Origin: Clostridia bacterium
Lineage (GTDB): Bacteria; Bacillota; Clostridia; Oscillospirales; CAG-272
Assembly: GCA_017462385.1 (NCBI GenBank)
Contig: JAFTRE010000024.1
Coordinates: 48,925-112,924 of the forward strand
Direction: 5' to 3'
Length of the DNA stretch: 64,000 nucleotides
Shown one piece after another: positions 56,020 to 64,000 of the stretch; the first letter of the stretch is position 1; each line of letters begins with the position of its first letter. Below the pieces are notes generated by a model. That model searched no databases. It worked only from the letters and a program-made list of their open reading frames with translations, and was not told the DNA's origin. A program made the translations under genes and the position numbers.

Positions 56020-56361
56020 ATGAATATTAAAGTTGGCGATAAGGTCATCCTTCTTACCGGTAAGTATGAAGAGCGCAAGGATCAAAATGGCAAACCTCTG
56101 ACACACAAGGTAATCGCTGTCTCTCCCAAAGAGGGCAAGGTTATTGTCGAGGGCGTCAATAAGGTCCACAAGCATGTTAAACCCCGCAGACAGGGCGAGA
56201 CCGGCGGTATCGTTGATACCGAGGGCGCAGTATATGCGTGCAAGGTCGCAATCGTTTGCCCCAAGTGCGGTAAGGCCGCAAGAGTCGCTCATAAGATTCT
56301 TGATAACGGCAAAAAGGTCCGTGTAGCTGCACATAAAGATTGCGGCTATCCGGAGATATAA
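56020..56361 (+). CDS. rplX: 50S ribosomal protein L24
   Basis: KOW motif IKVGDKVILLTGK. Position between rplN and rplE. Confidence 0.93.
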   Translation: MNIKVGDKVILLTGKYEERKDQNGKPLTHKVIAVSPKEGKVIVEGVNKVHKHVKPRRQGETGGIVDTEGAVYACKVAIVCPKCGKAARVAHKILDNGKKVRVAAHKDCGYPEI

Positions 56362-56373
56362 GGAGGCGGAACA

Positions 56374-56913
56374 ATGGCAAGACTTAGAGATTACTACAAG
56401 GCTGAGGTTGCTCCCGCCCTTATGAAGAAATTTGAGTACAAGAGCCCCATGCAGATCCCCAAGCTGGACAAGATTGTTATCAATGTCGGCTGTGGTGATG
56501 CAAAGGATAACGCAAAGGTCATTGATAGTGTAATCAAGGATCTGGCGCTCATCTCCGGTCAGAAGCCGGTTCCGACTTATGCAAAGAAGTCGGTTGCTAA
56601 CTTCAAGGTCCGTGAGGGCATGAAGATCGGCGCAAAGGTAACTCTTCGCGGCGATAGAATGTACGAGTTTGTTGACAGACTTTTCAACTTCGCACTTCCT
56701 CGCGTTCGTGACTTCAAGGGTATCAACCCCAATGCCTTTGATGGCAGAGGTAACTACGCGCTCGGACTTAAGGAACAGCTTATATTCCCCGAGATAGAGT
56801 ACGATAAGGTAGAAAAGATCCGCGGTATGGATATTTGCTTTGTCACTACCGCATACACCGATGAAGAAGCAAAAGAGCTGCTCAAGCTGATGGGCGCTCC
56901 GTTCGCAAACTAA
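56374..56913 (+). CDS. rplE: 50S ribosomal protein L5
   Basis: [37 protein letters not shown]. Confidence 0.97.
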   Translation: MARLRDYYKAEVAPALMKKFEYKSPMQIPKLDKIVINVGCGDAKDNAKVIDSVIKDLALISGQKPVPTYAKKSVANFKVREGMKIGAKVTLRGDRMYEFVDRLFNFALPRVRDFKGINPNAFDGRGNYALGLKEQLIFPEIEYDKVEKIRGMDICFVTTAYTDEEAKELLKLMGAPFAN

Positions 56914-56929
56914 GAGGAGGGACAGGAAA

Positions 56930-57115
56930 ATGGCAAAAAAGTCTATGATTCTCAAGCAGCAGAGAGCGCAGAAGTATTCCACCCGTGAGTACAACCGTTG
57001 CAAGATCTGTGGTCGTCCCCATGCTTATCTGCGTAGATACGGTATTTGCCGTATTTGCTTCCGCAATCTTGCCTACAAGGGCGAGATTCCTGGCGTAAGA
57101 AAAGCAAGCTGGTAA
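56930..57115 (+). CDS. rpsZ: 30S ribosomal protein S14 type Z (zinc-binding)
   Basis: 61 aa, with CKICGRP...CRICFR CxxC pairs. Confidence 0.95.
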   Translation: MAKKSMILKQQRAQKYSTREYNRCKICGRPHAYLRRYGICRICFRNLAYKGEIPGVRKASW

Positions 57116-57238
57116 CCCAAAAAAACCCTTAACTATCGGAAGGAAACTTGCGGGGCTTGCCCCGCCGGTTTAACCACCGATATGCCGCCGGAATTTATCC
57201 GGCAGCAAGATAATAACTTGCATAAAGGAGAAAAAACA

Positions 57239-57637
57239 ATGCAAATGTCAGATGTAATTGCCGATATGCTCACTCGGATCAGAAACGCGAACGACGCGAA
57301 GCATCCCACTGTTGACATCCCGGCATCCAAAATGAAAGAAGCCATCGCCAAGATTCTCGTTGCTGAGGGCTATGTAAAGAGCTATCAGATCGTTGAGGAC
57401 GGCAAGCAGGGAGTTATTCGTGTAACTCTCAAGTACATGACCGGTAAGCAGAAGGTCATTCGCGGTATCCGCCGCGTTTCCAAGCCCGGTCTGCGCGTTT
57501 ACGCAGGTTACGAGGATATGCCCAAGGTTATGAACGGTCTTGGCATCGCCATCGTTTCCACATCCAAGGGTATTATGACCGACAAGCAGGCTCGCACGCA
57601 GAAGATCGGCGGCGAAGTCCTCGCGTTTGTATGGTAA
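57239..57637 (+). CDS. rpsH: 30S ribosomal protein S8
   Basis: [27 protein letters not shown] before ATG 57239 (the ORF-track start at 57182 is rejected). Confidence 0.96.
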   Translation: MQMSDVIADMLTRIRNANDAKHPTVDIPASKMKEAIAKILVAEGYVKSYQIVEDGKQGVIRVTLKYMTGKQKVIRGIRRVSKPGLRVYAGYEDMPKVMNGLGIAIVSTSKGIMTDKQARTQKIGGEVLAFVW

Positions 57638-57653
57638 GCGGGAGGTAAGATAA

Positions 57654-58226
57654 ATGTCAAGAATTGGTAGAATGCCTGTCGCAATTCCCGCAGGTGTAAC
57701 AGTGAATATCGCGGACAACAATACCGTAACGGTAAAGGGTCCCCTCGGAACACTTACCGAGACTTTCAGCCCCCGCATGACCATTAAGCAGGAGGGTGCT
57801 GAACTGCTTGTTACTCGTCCCACTGACGAGAAAGAGGATAAGAGCCTTCACGGTCTTACCCGTGCGCTTCTCCACAATATGGTTGTTGGCGTAACCGAAG
57901 GCTTTTCCAAGACATTGGAAATAATCGGCGTCGGTTATAAGGTAGTTCTTCAGGGTCAGACGCTTCAGCTTTATCTGGGCTACTCGCTTGAAGCTAACGG
58001 TCAGCCGCAGGAAAAATACTGCATCAAGGCTCCCGAAGGCATCAAATTCGAGGTTCCGGATAAAATGGCAGTTCCCACGATCGTCATCAAGGGAATTGAT
58101 AAGCAGCTTGTCGGTCAGACCGCTGCAACCATCAGAAGCAAGAGACCTCCCGAGCCCTACCATGGCAAGGGTGTCAAATACAACGATGAAGTCATTCGTC
58201 GTAAAGTCGGCAAGACCGGTAAGTAA
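57654..58226 (+). CDS. rplF: 50S ribosomal protein L6
   Basis: MSRIGRMPVAIPAGVTV...VKGPLG. Confidence 0.96.
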   Translation: MSRIGRMPVAIPAGVTVNIADNNTVTVKGPLGTLTETFSPRMTIKQEGAELLVTRPTDEKEDKSLHGLTRALLHNMVVGVTEGFSKTLEIIGVGYKVVLQGQTLQLYLGYSLEANGQPQEKYCIKAPEGIKFEVPDKMAVPTIVIKGIDKQLVGQTAATIRSKRPPEPYHGKGVKYNDEVIRRKVGKTGK

Positions 58227-58244
58227 TGAAAGGAGTGGATTGAC

Positions 58245-58604
58245 ATGGTATCCAGAAAAGACAGCAATGCAGCTCGTCTCAAGAGACATAAGAGAGTCAG
58301 AGCTAAGATCTCGGGCACAGCAGCCCGTCCCCGCCTGTCTGTTTATCGCTCCAATGATCACATCAGTGCTCAGATCATTGATGACGTCAAGGGCGTAACT
58401 CTTGTCAGCGCATCCACCCACGAGGCTGGTTTTGAAGGCGCTACAGGCAATAAGGCAGCAGCAAAAATCGTCGGCAAGAAGATTGCCGAAAGAGCAATAG
58501 AAAAGGGTATCTCCGAAGTCGTATTCGACCGCGGCGGCTATCTTTATCACGGACGTGTATCGGAACTGGCTGACGGCGCTCGCGAGGGCGGCCTGAAGTT
58601 CTGA
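58245..58604 (+). CDS. rplR: 50S ribosomal protein L18
   Basis: [34 protein letters not shown]...[12 protein letters not shown]. Confidence 0.96.
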   Translation: MVSRKDSNAARLKRHKRVRAKISGTAARPRLSVYRSNDHISAQIIDDVKGVTLVSASTHEAGFEGATGNKAAAKIVGKKIAERAIEKGISEVVFDRGGYLYHGRVSELADGAREGGLKF

Positions 58605-58674
58605 GCCTTTTGGCTAAATTCCGGTTTGTACACTGTTCAAATACTTTATTTTGAACAATTTTCAGGAGGAAAAA

Positions 58675-59205
58675 ATGGCTTACAGCAAAAACAACAGACC
58701 TGATCGCGACAACCGTTCCAGAGAAGAGAACGAGCTTCGCGAGTCCATGGTCGCGCTGAACCGTGTTTCAAAGACAGTCAAGGGCGGACGTATTGCTCGC
58801 TTCGCGGCTATTATGGTCGTGGGTGACGGCAACGGTAACGTCGGTGTCGGACTCGGTAAGGCAGCTGAGGTTCCCGAGGCTATCCGCAAGGGAATCGAAG
58901 ATGCAAAGAAAAATATGGTGCATATCGCCCTTAAAGGATCTACAATACCTCACGAGGTAATCGGTGTTTACGGAGCCGGTAAGGTTCTGCTTAAGCCCGC
59001 CGCACCCGGTACAGGTATTATCGCCGGTGGTAAGGTCAGAGCAATTCTTGAGCTTGCCGGCATTAAGAATATACGTGCAAAATGCCTGCGCTCCAACAAT
59101 CCTACCAATGTTGTCAAGGCAACTATGGAAGGTTTGAAAGCGCTCCGCACCGCTGAAGAGGTCGCTAAGGTTCGCGAGATCAGCGTTGATCAGGTCAAAG
59201 GCTAA
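58675..59205 (+). CDS. rpsE: 30S ribosomal protein S5
   Basis: [56 protein letters not shown] before ATG 58675. Confidence 0.96.
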   Translation: MAYSKNNRPDRDNRSREENELRESMVALNRVSKTVKGGRIARFAAIMVVGDGNGNVGVGLGKAAEVPEAIRKGIEDAKKNMVHIALKGSTIPHEVIGVYGAGKVLLKPAAPGTGIIAGGKVRAILELAGIKNIRAKCLRSNNPTNVVKATMEGLKALRTAEEVAKVREISVDQVKG

Positions 59206-59217
59206 GGAGGGGTTGAA

Positions 59218-59391
59218 ATGAAAAAGGTAACACTTGTAAAGAGCCTCATCCGTGCTAAGGCAGGTCAGCTTGCAACCGCGAAGTCGCTTGGATTGAGAAA
59301 GATCGGTGACAGCATCGTTTGTAAGGACGACGCCGTTCTTGCCGGCAAGATCAAAGTCATCGCGCACCTCGTCAAGGTTGAAAACGTATAA
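59218..59391 (+). CDS. rpmD: 50S ribosomal protein L30
   Basis: Hand-translated 57-aa ORF not in the track: [34 protein letters not shown]... AAGGAGG RBS. Position between rpsE and rplO. Confidence 0.9.
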   Translation: MKKVTLVKSLIRAKAGQLATAKSLGLRKIGDSIVCKDDAVLAGKIKVIAHLVKVENV

Positions 59392-59404
59392 AGGAGGTAG
59401 CACA

Positions 59405-59845
59405 ATGAAGCTTCATAATTTATCTCCCGCTCCCGGTTCCGCAACCCCTGTATACCGTAAGGGTAGAGGTCCAGGATCCGGCAACGGTAAAACAGCAGGC
59501 AAAGGCCATAAGGGTCAGAATGCCAGAGCAGGCGGCGGTGTACGCCCCGGCTTCGAGGGCGGTCAGCTTCCGCTCTACAGAAAGCTTCCTAAGAGAGGCT
59601 TCCACAATAAGTTTGCTACAAAATATGCAATAGTCAACGTATCCGAGCTCAACGCTTTTGAGAACGGTGCGGTGATCGACATTGATGCATTGCTTGAAAA
59701 GAAAATAGTCCGCAAGGCATATGATGGTCTTAAGGTTCTCGGTAACGGCGAGCTCAAGAAGAATCTTACTGTTAAAGCGGCAATCTTTTCTGCAACTGCA
59801 AAGGAAAAGATAGAAGCAGCAGGTGGAAAGACTGAGGAGGTGTAA
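59405..59845 (+). CDS. rplO: 50S ribosomal protein L15
   Basis: [12 protein letters not shown]...[29 protein letters not shown] before ATG 59405. Confidence 0.96.
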   Translation: MKLHNLSPAPGSATPVYRKGRGPGSGNGKTAGKGHKGQNARAGGGVRPGFEGGQLPLYRKLPKRGFHNKFATKYAIVNVSELNAFENGAVIDIDALLEKKIVRKAYDGLKVLGNGELKKNLTVKAAIFSATAKEKIEAAGGKTEEV

Positions 59846-59848
59846 AGA

Positions 59849-61168
59849 ATGTTTCAAACCATAAAGAACGCTTGGAATGTTCCTGAGCTTCGCAAAAAGA
59901 TGCTTTTTACACTTCTCATTATCCTTCTTTACCGTCTCGGTGCCAGCATCCCGGTTCCTTATGTAAGCGCTGATGTTCTCAGCTCTTTCAACCAGTATGC
60001 CGCCGGCTCCATCTTTCAGTTTATGAATATACTTTCGGGTGATGCTTTTGCTAAGGCTACACTGTTTGCACTTTCAGTGTCTCCTTACATTACCGCTTCG
60101 ATCGTTATTCAGCTTCTGACCGTTGCTATCCCGGCACTCGAAAGAATGTCCAAGGATGAAGATGGCAAGAAGAAAATTACAATGTTAACGCGTATCGTTA
60201 CTGTTGTGCTCGCACTTGTAACCGCTTACGGTTACGCAATGGTGCTCAATTCGTATGGTATGCTCTCCTTTACAGATGATGATAGCGCTAAAGTGTTTAA
60301 GTATGCGGTGATAATTGCATGCTTCTGCGCAGGTGCGGCTCTAATCATGTGGTTGGCAGAGAAGATCAACGAGCATGGTATCGGTAACGGTATCTCCATC
60401 ATCCTTTTCGCAAACATCGTCGCAAGCCTGCCGTCGATCGCATCGTCGCTGTTTGGAATGATGTTTGACGGAAGCAAGTTTAAATGGACCGGACTTATCA
60501 CAGTTATTGTCACACTGGTCGTTGTACTGGCTGTTGTCGTACTTGTGGTTTGGTTCACCAATAGTGAAAGAAGAATTCCGATTCAGTATGCAAAGAGAGT
60601 TGTAGGGCGTAAGATGTATGGCGGTCAGTCATCAAATCTTCCTCTCAAGCTCAATATGACAGGCGTTATGCCCATCATCTTTGCAAACTCCATTGTTGCG
60701 ATCCCCGCGACCATAGCAGCGTTCTTCCCGAACACAAAGTGGCTCAGCTGGATCAATGAACACTTCAATTACTATACTTGGCCCTATCTTTTGGTGTTCC
60801 TGGTGCTTATCATAGCGTTTGCTTATTTCTACACGCTGATATCCTTCAACCCGGTTGAAGTTGCCAACAACATCAGAGATAACGGCGGTGCTGTTCCGGG
60901 TATCCGCCCCGGCAAACCCACATCTCAGTATATTCAGAAGATACTCAACCGTATCACTCTGATCGGAGCTGTGTTCCTTTGCTTCGTTTCCGGATTCCCG
61001 ATGGTCATCACCATAATCGACTACGCGATCCATGACGGCGTACTGACTCTCGGTGCTTTGGCATTCGGCGGTTCTTCGCTGCTGATCGTTGTAGGTGTTG
61101 CGCTTGAGACCATGCATGAGCTCGAGGCTCAGCTGACCATGCGCAATTACAAAGGTTTCCTTGATTGA
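59849..61168 (+). CDS. secY: Preprotein translocase subunit SecY
   Basis: 439 aa, 10-TM protein. LRKKMLFTLLIILLYRLG and GNGISIILF motifs. Confidence 0.97.
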   Translation: MFQTIKNAWNVPELRKKMLFTLLIILLYRLGASIPVPYVSADVLSSFNQYAAGSIFQFMNILSGDAFAKATLFALSVSPYITASIVIQLLTVAIPALERMSKDEDGKKKITMLTRIVTVVLALVTAYGYAMVLNSYGMLSFTDDDSAKVFKYAVIIACFCAGAALIMWLAEKINEHGIGNGISIILFANIVASLPSIASSLFGMMFDGSKFKWTGLITVIVTLVVVLAVVVLVVWFTNSERRIPIQYAKRVVGRKMYGGQSSNLPLKLNMTGVMPIIFANSIVAIPATIAAFFPNTKWLSWINEHFNYYTWPYLLVFLVLIIAFAYFYTLISFNPVEVANNIRDNGGAVPGIRPGKPTSQYIQKILNRITLIGAVFLCFVSGFPMVITIIDYAIHDGVLTLGALAFGGSSLLIVVGVALETMHELEAQLTMRNYKGFLD

Positions 61169-61192
61169 TAAATAATATTTCGGAGGAATAGT

Positions 61193-61828
61193 ATGAATTT
61201 GATTTTAATGGGTGCTCCCGGCGCCGGAAAGGGCACACAAGCCGAGATTATTTCAGAGAAATTCCAAATTCCAGCGATTTCTACGGGCGAGATCCTCAGA
61301 GCTTCTATCAAAGCGGGAACCGAGCTGGGTAAAACCGCTAAGTCCTATATTGATAAAGGCGATCTTGTTCCCGATGATGTTGTTATCGGTATTATCAAGG
61401 AACATCTTTCGTCAGATGCCTGCAAGAATGGGTTCATACTTGATGGATTCCCTCGCTCTGTGGCACAAGCCGAAGCTCTTGAGACGCTTGGCGTCAAGAT
61501 AGATGCAGTGCTTACCATTGAGGTGGAGGATGAGAGAATTGTCGCGCGTATGGGTGGACGCAGAGTCTGCCCCGCGTGCGGTGCTTCTTACCATGTAAGC
61601 TATAACCCGCCTGCAAAGGAAGGCATATGTGATAAATGCTTCGCAGAGCTTATCATCCGCTCGGATGATGCTGCGGAGACTGTAAGAAACAGACTTGTTA
61701 CCTATCACAATCAGACAGAGCCGCTCAAAGCATTTTATGCGGAGCGCGGACTGCTGATAACGGTAGAAGGGCAGGAGGAACTTGACGATACTACTCGTTT
61801 GGTCTCTGAAGCTCTGGCAAAGATCTGA
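61193..61828 (+). CDS. adk: Adenylate kinase (zinc-lid type)
   Basis: GAPGAGKGTQ P-loop and a lid with CPACG...CDKC. Confidence 0.97.
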   Translation: MNLILMGAPGAGKGTQAEIISEKFQIPAISTGEILRASIKAGTELGKTAKSYIDKGDLVPDDVVIGIIKEHLSSDACKNGFILDGFPRSVAQAEALETLGVKIDAVLTIEVEDERIVARMGGRRVCPACGASYHVSYNPPAKEGICDKCFAELIIRSDDAAETVRNRLVTYHNQTEPLKAFYAERGLLITVEGQEELDDTTRLVSEALAKI

Positions 61829-61830
61829 AT

Positions 61831-62592
61831 ATGATCCAAATCAAGAATTCAGAACAGCTTGCGTTGATGAAAGAAGCCGGACGTATCACGGGCGAGGCGT
61901 TGCTTTATATTCGTGATTATGTTCGGGACGGAGTCAGCACCTATGAGCTCGATAAACTGATTCGTCAGTTTATCGAGAAAAACGGTGCTCGGCCATCGTT
62001 CCTCAATTATTCCGGCTTTCCGGCATCCGCCTGCATCAGTATAAATGATGAAGTCATTCACGGTATTCCTTCAAAAAAGAGAATACTGCGTGATGGTGAC
62101 ATCGTAAAAGTGGATGTTGGTGCATGCTATAAGGGCTTTCACGGAGACGCAGCTCGAACGATACCTGTCGGAAAAGTCAGCGAGGAGGCCGCACGGCTCA
62201 TTGAAGTGACGCGTCAAAGCTTCTTCGAGGGCGCCGCGGCTGCGCGTGCAGGTATGCGTATCGGAGACATTGGAAGCGCCATCCAGAAGCATGCTGAAAG
62301 CAACGGATTTTCAGTAGTCAGACCTTATATAGGTCACGGAGTAGGACATGAGTTGCACGAGCAACCCGATGTTCCTAACTACGGCACTCCGGGACATGGA
62401 GTGAGACTTTGTAACGGAATGACAATTGCTATCGAGCCGATGATAAACGCCGGCGTCAAAGAGGTCAAAGACCTTCCCGACGGTTGGACTGTCAAAACGG
62501 CTGACGGCAAGCTTTCGGCACATTACGAAAATACAGTAGCAATACTGCCGGATGGGCCCAAGATACTCACACTGATTGACAAAAATTGGTGA
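61831..62592 (+). CDS. map: Type I methionine aminopeptidase
   Basis: VDVGACYKGFHGD, GHGVGHELHE, and IEPM metal-ligand motifs. Confidence 0.96.
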   Translation: MIQIKNSEQLALMKEAGRITGEALLYIRDYVRDGVSTYELDKLIRQFIEKNGARPSFLNYSGFPASACISINDEVIHGIPSKKRILRDGDIVKVDVGACYKGFHGDAARTIPVGKVSEEAARLIEVTRQSFFEGAAAARAGMRIGDIGSAIQKHAESNGFSVVRPYIGHGVGHELHEQPDVPNYGTPGHGVRLCNGMTIAIEPMINAGVKEVKDLPDGWTVKTADGKLSAHYENTVAILPDGPKILTLIDKNW

Positions 62593-62637
62593 ATAAACAT
62601 TGTCACATATGAAATACAATAGCAGGGAGGGATCATT

Positions 62638-62856
62638 TTGCCGAAAGATGATGTAATCGAATTTGAAGGTACGGTGCTTGAGGCTCTGCCCAATGCCAAC
62701 TTCAAAGTTAAGCTCCCGAACGGTCATATAGTTATGGCTCACATTTCGGGAAAGCTCAGAATGAACTATATTCGCATACTGCCCGGTGATAAGGTAACCG
62801 TTGAGGTTTCGGTCTATGACCTCACCAAGGGCAGAATAACATGGCGTGCTAAATAA
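62638..62856 (+). CDS. infA: Translation initiation factor IF-1
   Basis: [28 protein letters not shown]...[19 protein letters not shown] start after a GGGAGGG RBS. Confidence 0.96.
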   Translation: MPKDDVIEFEGTVLEALPNANFKVKLPNGHIVMAHISGKLRMNYIRILPGDKVTVEVSVYDLTKGRITWRAK

Positions 62857-62905
62857 TAAGCACCATAGGTTATTTCAACAAATATGAAAGGAATGGTATA
62901 ATACA

Positions 62906-63019
62906 ATGAAGGTAAAGCCATCCGTAAAGAAGATCTGCGAGAAGTGCAAGATTATCAAAAGAAAAGGCCGCGTAATGGTCATCTGCGAAAATCCCAAGCA
63001 CAAGCAGAGACAGGGTTAA
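62906..63019 (+). CDS. rpmJ: 50S ribosomal protein L36
   Basis: Hand-translated 37-aa ORF not in the track: [37 protein letters not shown]. Confidence 0.93.
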   Translation: MKVKPSVKKICEKCKIIKRKGRVMVICENPKHKQRQG

Positions 63020-63057
63020 CCCCTAAATCTACCGAATTTGAGAGGTGAAAAAACAGA

Positions 63058-63426
63058 ATGGCTCGTATAGCAGGCGTTGATATTCCTAATCAGAAGCGCG
63101 TAGAGATCGCCCTTACCTATATTTACGGTATCGGACGTAAGAGCGCAAATGATATCCTCGCAAAGACAGGCATTAATCCTGACACCCGCGCAAAGGATCT
63201 TACGGAAGAAGAAGTTGCAAAGCTTCGTGATGAGATAGAATCTCACTACCATGTTGAAGGCGACCTTCGCCGCGACGTGGCACTTAACATCAAGCGTTTG
63301 GTCGAAATTAACTGCTACCGCGGTATCAGACACAGAAAAGGTCTGCCGGTAAGAGGTCAGAGAACAAAGACCAATGCGAGAACCAGAAAAGGTCCCGCTA
63401 AGACAATCGCGAACAAGAAGAAATAA
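63058..63426 (+). CDS. rpsM: 30S ribosomal protein S13
   Basis: [26 protein letters not shown]. Confidence 0.97.
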   Translation: MARIAGVDIPNQKRVEIALTYIYGIGRKSANDILAKTGINPDTRAKDLTEEEVAKLRDEIESHYHVEGDLRRDVALNIKRLVEINCYRGIRHRKGLPVRGQRTKTNARTRKGPAKTIANKKK

Positions 63427-63441
63427 AGGAGTAGCGTAAAG

Positions 63442-63837
63442 ATGGCTAACGTTGGAAAGAAGGTCGTTAAAAGACGCCGCGAGAAAAAGAACATACCCGA
63501 AGGGCAAGTTCATATTCGCGCAACCTTCAATAACACAATCGTCACCATAACCGACAAAGAGGGAAATGCAATTTCCTGGGCATCGGCTGGTGAGCTTGGC
63601 TTCAAGGGCTCCAGAAAGTCCACCCCGTTTGCTGCGCAGATGGCTTCTGAGACAGCTGCTAAAGCTGCTACAGAGCATGGACTTAAGTCTGTTGAGGTTT
63701 ATGTAAGAGGTCCCGGATCGGGACGTGAATCCGCAATCCGTGCACTTGAGACTGTGGGTCTCCAGATCACAATGATCAAGGATGTTACTCCCATTCCCCA
63801 CAACGGTTGCAGACCGCCTAAGCGCAGACGCGTTTAA
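63442..63837 (+). CDS. rpsK: 30S ribosomal protein S11
   Basis: [27 protein letters not shown]...[12 protein letters not shown]. Confidence 0.97.
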   Translation: MANVGKKVVKRRREKKNIPEGQVHIRATFNNTIVTITDKEGNAISWASAGELGFKGSRKSTPFAAQMASETAAKAATEHGLKSVEVYVRGPGSGRESAIRALETVGLQITMIKDVTPIPHNGCRPPKRRRV

Positions 63838-63861
63838 TCAATTATTGGAGGTATAAGAAAA

Positions 63862-64000
63862 ATGGCAAGATATACCGGACCGGTATGCAAGATTTGCCGC
63901 AGAGAAGGCACAAAGCTCTTTCTGAAGGGTGATCGTTGCATGACCAAGTGTGCTCTGGATACTAAGAGAGGCAGCAAGGCTCCCGGACAGCACGGTGCTG
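63862..64000 (+). CDS. rpsD: 30S ribosomal protein S4 (5' part; continues beyond the window)
   Basis: [26 protein letters not shown]... GGAGG RBS. Truncated by the window end. Confidence 0.93.
   Translation, partial: MARYTGPVCKICRREGTKLFLKGDRCMTKCALDTKRGSKAPGQHGA

Noticed and set aside
50625-58550. Several long antisense ORFs across the ribosomal protein genes: 50625..51389, 51307..51975, 52301..53128, 53966..54823, 56014..57003, 57657..58550. A similar one lies at 63016..63801.
   Set aside because: Each lies entirely opposite a confidently identified, highly conserved ribosomal gene. Their products are low-complexity and have no recognisable motifs or RBS. Stop-poor antisense frames are a known by-product of strong codon bias.
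1-64000. Search for mobile elements, prophage, CRISPR arrays, tRNA/rRNA genes and classic defence systems (restriction-modification, toxin-antitoxin, Cas, abortive infection).
   Set aside because: I saw no transposase, integrase or recombinase motifs, no terminal inverted repeats, no tRNA cloverleaf-like or rRNA sequences, and no spaced repeat arrays. The only methyltransferases look like rRNA (RsmH, RsmI) or small-molecule class I enzymes, with no partner nuclease.

Overview
This 64-kb chromosomal window looks like it comes from an endospore-forming Firmicute, probably Clostridia-like. The evidence is the gene content: yabQ-divIC, spoVAD-spoVAE, an intact pro-sigma-K gene and an orphan GerA/SpoVAF-type gene. 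The window is almost entirely coding and mostly core housekeeping. Two conserved blocks stand out. The first is a dcw cell-wall/division cluster at 27.1-40.5 kb (mraZ-rsmH-ftsL-PBP-murE-murF-mraY-ftsW-murG-ftsQ-ftsZ). The second is the S10-spc-alpha ribosomal protein cluster at 50.25-64.0 kb (rpsJ through rpsD, including secY-adk-map-infA), truncated at the window end. The first 27 kb holds mixed metabolism and stress genes: phosphoglucomutase, an AI-2E transporter-htpG operon, ispE, plsY, asd, rsmI, a PPi-type phosphofructokinase, UDG, mecA, an XPD/DinG-like helicase, an aminotransferase and a radical SAM protein. I saw no rRNA, tRNA, CRISPR array, transposase, integrase or prophage genes, and no obvious multi-gene defence system. 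The points most worth follow-up are: (1) a consensus-like promoter, a roughly 190-nt structured RNA and an intrinsic terminator directly upstream of rpsJ; (2) a roughly 42-aa lysine-rich insertion in ribosomal protein L23, an RD-repeat tail on S3, and unusually long structured spacers inside the ribosomal operons; (3) an accessory operon with no detectable signal peptides (nucleoside hydrolase, GH20, and a 1133-aa LTD-Ig-PHP-LTD protein); (4) a two-gene module of unknown function (polytopic membrane protein plus HTH regulator) lying between a stand-alone rplJL unit and the S10 operon. All functional calls rest on motif recognition by eye. No database search was run.
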